Source: Dehalococcoidia bacterium (lineage in GTDB: Bacteria > Chloroflexota > Dehalococcoidia > Plut-88900). From it: a stretch of 64,000 nucleotides of DNA. The stretch spans positions 128,001 to 192,000 of the forward strand of contig OZ240215.1 in the NCBI GenBank assembly GCA_965197585.1, given 5' to 3'. Under the pieces are notes generated by a model. The model saw only the letters and a list, made by a program, of their open reading frames with translations, had not been told where the DNA came from and did not search any database. Positions 60,974-64,000 of the stretch are shown here, piece by piece (position 1 is the stretch's first letter; each line of letters opens with the position of its first letter). A program made the translations under genes and the position numbers.

Positions 60974-61456
60974 CTATCTCTGCTTGTCTTTGATGAACGA
61001 TGCACACCACTCAATCGCGTCTCCAGTCAATGTGGTGATAATAAGAATTGCTGGTATCGTGATAGCAAACAAACCGATAGCAGCAGCAGGCGCTAACAAT
61101 GGGAAAGGCTCCCCGTTAGTCTGGTCAAGAAGTAGATTCCATGTAGCCAATAAAGCTAATAACGCACCAGCAAGGCGTGTTAACCACGGCGCTATTCTGG
61201 TAAAGATTTGGGCGTTGCCATTTGGGAGCAGTTCGTAGAACAGTGCAACTGCGCCCCCAAATGCAAACATCACTCCCTTGACGCCATAGCTGTAATCGGC
61301 ATCCAGTCCGTCTCCGAATTGTAGCCTCAAGGCCATGACTATCCCGAGGAAAGAGACTAGGACTTTTACCATAGGCAACATCACGCTAGTCAGCCATCGG
61401 GTAGGTTGTTGTTGAGTCTGTTCTTCTGATTTTGCAAACTGTCCTGTCATGGTCAA
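60974..61456 (-). CDS. hypothetical 4-TM membrane protein
   Basis: 160 aa, four hydrophobic segments, AAGGA RBS. Confidence 0.6.
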   Translation of the reverse strand: MTMTGQFAKSEEQTQQQPTRWLTSVMLPMVKVLVSFLGIVMALRLQFGDGLDADYSYGVKGVMFAFGGAVALFYELLPNGNAQIFTRIAPWLTRLAGALLALLATWNLLLDQTNGEPFPLLAPAAAIGLFAITIPAILIITTLTGDAIEWCASFIKDKQR

Positions 61457-61734
61457 TTTCCTTGGGGTGGCTTTCCTTCCATCATATCCAAAGTTCGAAT
61501 TCGTTCTTAACCAGCGAAATTTCCCGTCCCCGTTTTCCCTGCCTTTCAGCCCCCAAACCCCCTTCTTTCACGCCTATACTTGACAGAACCATCATTATGC
61601 ACCTTCCTCAGCCCCACGGAGGCCATAGGACAACGCCGGTCCAGGGCATTAGAACGCGGGGTGCGGGCCGGAGTTCCACGGAATGAATAGAGGAAATAAG
61701 TCTACAAAGTCTCCCCTGAAAGAAAGCCTCAGCC

Positions 61735-61850
61735 CTACACACTAAGCACAAAACTCAGCGTGAAAGTTCTCTATTTTCCTCAGGGGTTTTGGGCCTAATT
61801 GGAGAGTAGCCAGTACCGCCTTCGAGGTGTGGTTCGCCTTGCCGGGCTAG
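61735..61850. repeat. double recombination-site-like arm E
   Basis: Minus reads RTFTLSFVLSV*; plus reads GPNWRVASTAFEVWFALPG*. Confidence 0.65.
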
Positions 61851-62011
61851 CCACGTCTTGTAGCTGCCCGGTCGAGAGAACGTCCTGCCACAATGGCATG
61901 TGCCGGCGACAACTACGCCGTTGCTAGAACGAAAATCTCCGTCCCGGGCCCCGGGCCGTCCGCATTGCCGTTAAGCCAGTCGCCCAGTTTTAAGGATAAA
62001 GACCTGGTGCA

Positions 62012-63505
62012 TTACTTTTCCTCCCTCTCCCAACCAGAACTCAATCTCTTGGCATCAATGCAACCGGGGAGCCCCGCTTTCTCGAGGCGATCGCTAACAC
62101 GCTCGCCCAACCAGCGAGTTTCTTCGGCCCAAATGCGGTGCTCCCCGTCGACATCTCGTATCAGGACTCTAGCTGTTCCATGAGGGTCTACCACGATCTT
62201 TGCGGCGGACTGGCTTTTCGCCGGGATTTTCAAAGTAATCTCGACTAGACTTTCTTCGCTAATCGATATCGTCTCTATCGGATCGTTGAATGCTGCACAC
62301 AGTTGGCGAATTACCGGCTCCGAATGCCAGCCGGCCGCTGCTATTTCCACATTCTGGTCATGACCGTCACCACGTCTTTCGATTGCATCTCGCACCGCGC
62401 CCTGCAGTGCTGTCACACCTGAATACTCAGTTGTGAGTTCATCTAAATTGCCAGGTGGGTCATCGGCAGCGTACGGATGAGGTGAGTAGCGAGGCGAACT
62501 AGGCTCTCGAATGGGCAACAGCGACGTAAACTTCCGCGGGAGTGGATCTTCCGGCTCCGTAGATACGACTTGTGGAATAACCTGGGCGGGTTAGCCTCGG
62601 AGATGCCCTCTCATAGTTCCAAGCAGGGCAGGCGAGGCGGCTAGGTCCACAGTCTCTTCCTCATCAGGAGGCTCTTCTTCCGCAAGGACCGCAAATCGGT
62701 ATTCCCGCTGATCCTTGTACTTGATGTCTTTTACAAATATGGACTTCATCACGAACTGGAGGTCAGACGGAGAGTTGGCGATTACTCGATACGGGTCCTC
62801 AGAATAGACGACGGGGCCGTGATAAACAATTTGTTGCTTGTGGATGGTGCGGATCTTGTGTTCACCATTAAATGTATGTGTCATTTCATCTTCTTTGCCT
62901 CGTGGCCCAAGCTGCTCAGCCACCATCGAAGCTAGAGCGAGAGCAAACTCTCGTGGACGATAAATGTACGAGACATGATCATAGTCAGACTGCATAGACC
63001 TCCACCATGCCGATTCCTCGTTATCATCTCGCGGCTCCAAGGAAGCGCAGGACATCCACCCGTACTTATGGAAAGATAGCCACCTTCTATTTGTGTGCGT
63101 TCTCTTTGTACTATTGGTGGTTATCGAATCCTTCAAGCCCAAGAGTCTTGCTGCCTTGTTAATTTCGTCATTGAGGACGCGTTTCCCAGTTAGATGACGT
63201 GGGTCGTTGACGATCACGACTTCCGGCTGGGTATGTGTTGCGTATCCTTCTCCGCAATCCCGAATGAGCCCTTCTCCATATTCCCAGAAACGCGATGGCT
63301 TGGAAATGCGAACCTTCTTGAGAAGGTCAATGGCATGTTCCTTACGGCACCCTTTGGCCAAGACTGTCACTGGGATGAGGTCTTCTGAAGCGCGGAGATC
63401 AACGTACATTGTCGAAATGAGGTTGCCGAAACTGTCGATATGTAATCCTTCATTCAGTAGAAAAGGTCTAGTCATATGTCGCTCCAGTTGAATCATTGAG
63501 TTCAT
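62012..63505 (-). CDS. hypothetical protein in two same-frame ORFs separated by one TAA (possible pseudogene)
   Basis: 62591-63505 and 62012-62590 are in frame; K-x-x-x-Y-x-x-Q-x-EYR motif in the upstream part. Confidence 0.55.
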
Positions 63506-63824
63506 TGTACATTCCTTGCCATCTAGCTTTCAGTCGTTGTTTCTACGGAGGAATGACCGGCTTGTGCTTCTTCAGCATGTCTGGCTCCAAGCCCCTAGTC
63601 TGCACTTGGCTCAGCCGGACCCGAGGGCGACAACCCTACCGCAACGGGCAGTCGATCTACAGGACTGCTCGTGGGTAGGGCATAGACGGCTCACTCTTCC
63701 CGAGCGCCTACAGCACAGCGCAACCGGGAATCCGGTAGGGCCTTGTAGGGGCGTACATGTGTACGCCCCTACAAGGCCCACCAGCCTGAATTCGAACCAC
63801 CGACCTTACTATCCGCTCCGACGG

Positions 63825-64000
63825 CTAAAGGGCTAGACCAGAACTCATAGAAAAGGTTCTGCCTTTAATACGGTCGGGGTCACCTGCCCGGATTCGAAAC
63901 GAAAAGAACGCCTCGCCATTTATGGCAACGTTGCCTAGATTGACACAACCCGTCGAAAGGTTCTCTCTGCCGTACCGTTTGGCATGCCGACGGGCAGGAA
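63825..64000. repeat. recombination-site-like arms F and G
   Basis: Minus reads RTFSMSSGLAL* (63860-63825) and RTFRRVVSI* (63964-63935); G matches RTFRWVVSI* at 27005-27034. Confidence 0.6.

Noticed and set aside
63885-63900. GGATTCGAA as part of a tRNA gene
   Set aside because: No cloverleaf around it; treated only as part of an att-like site

Overview
Bacterial genomic DNA, most consistent with a Chloroflexota (Dehalococcoidia/SAR202-like) heterotroph. This is inferred from the F420-type PPOX protein, the many SDRs and amidohydrolases, PT-linker lipoproteins and DUF5679-like genes. 1-13.9 kb is mostly core-like: a DsbA/FrnE gene with an in-frame TGA at the first Cys of its CxxC motif plus a SECIS-like hairpin (probable selenoprotein, truncated by the ORF track), Rid paralogs, a Pro/Thr-rich surface protein, a HAMP histidine kinase, a 3'-broken tRNA-Ala fused to an SBP remnant, sucCD, an MFS transporter and an IS5. 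From 13.9 kb on the window is a mosaic of islands. Two tRNA-Ser-like 3'-end repeats bracket a P4-type integrase/AlpA island carrying amide and N-heterocycle catabolic genes. It is followed by a dpp cluster whose permease carries a BNR/YCF48-like beta-propeller, an iron-uptake/glycosylation block, bfd-bfr, and an imelysin-DHOR-imelysin-HTTM operon with DtxR/IdeR-like boxes. The strongest unexplained signal is about ten related recombination-site-like arms at module boundaries. Most encode the same short tail (R-T-F-x-L-x-F-x-L-x-L-stop) with the stop at the same offset, which suggests a serine-recombinase cassette array with C-terminal tail swapping. No CRISPR array or rRNA was seen. Family assignments come from motif recognition only; no searches were run.
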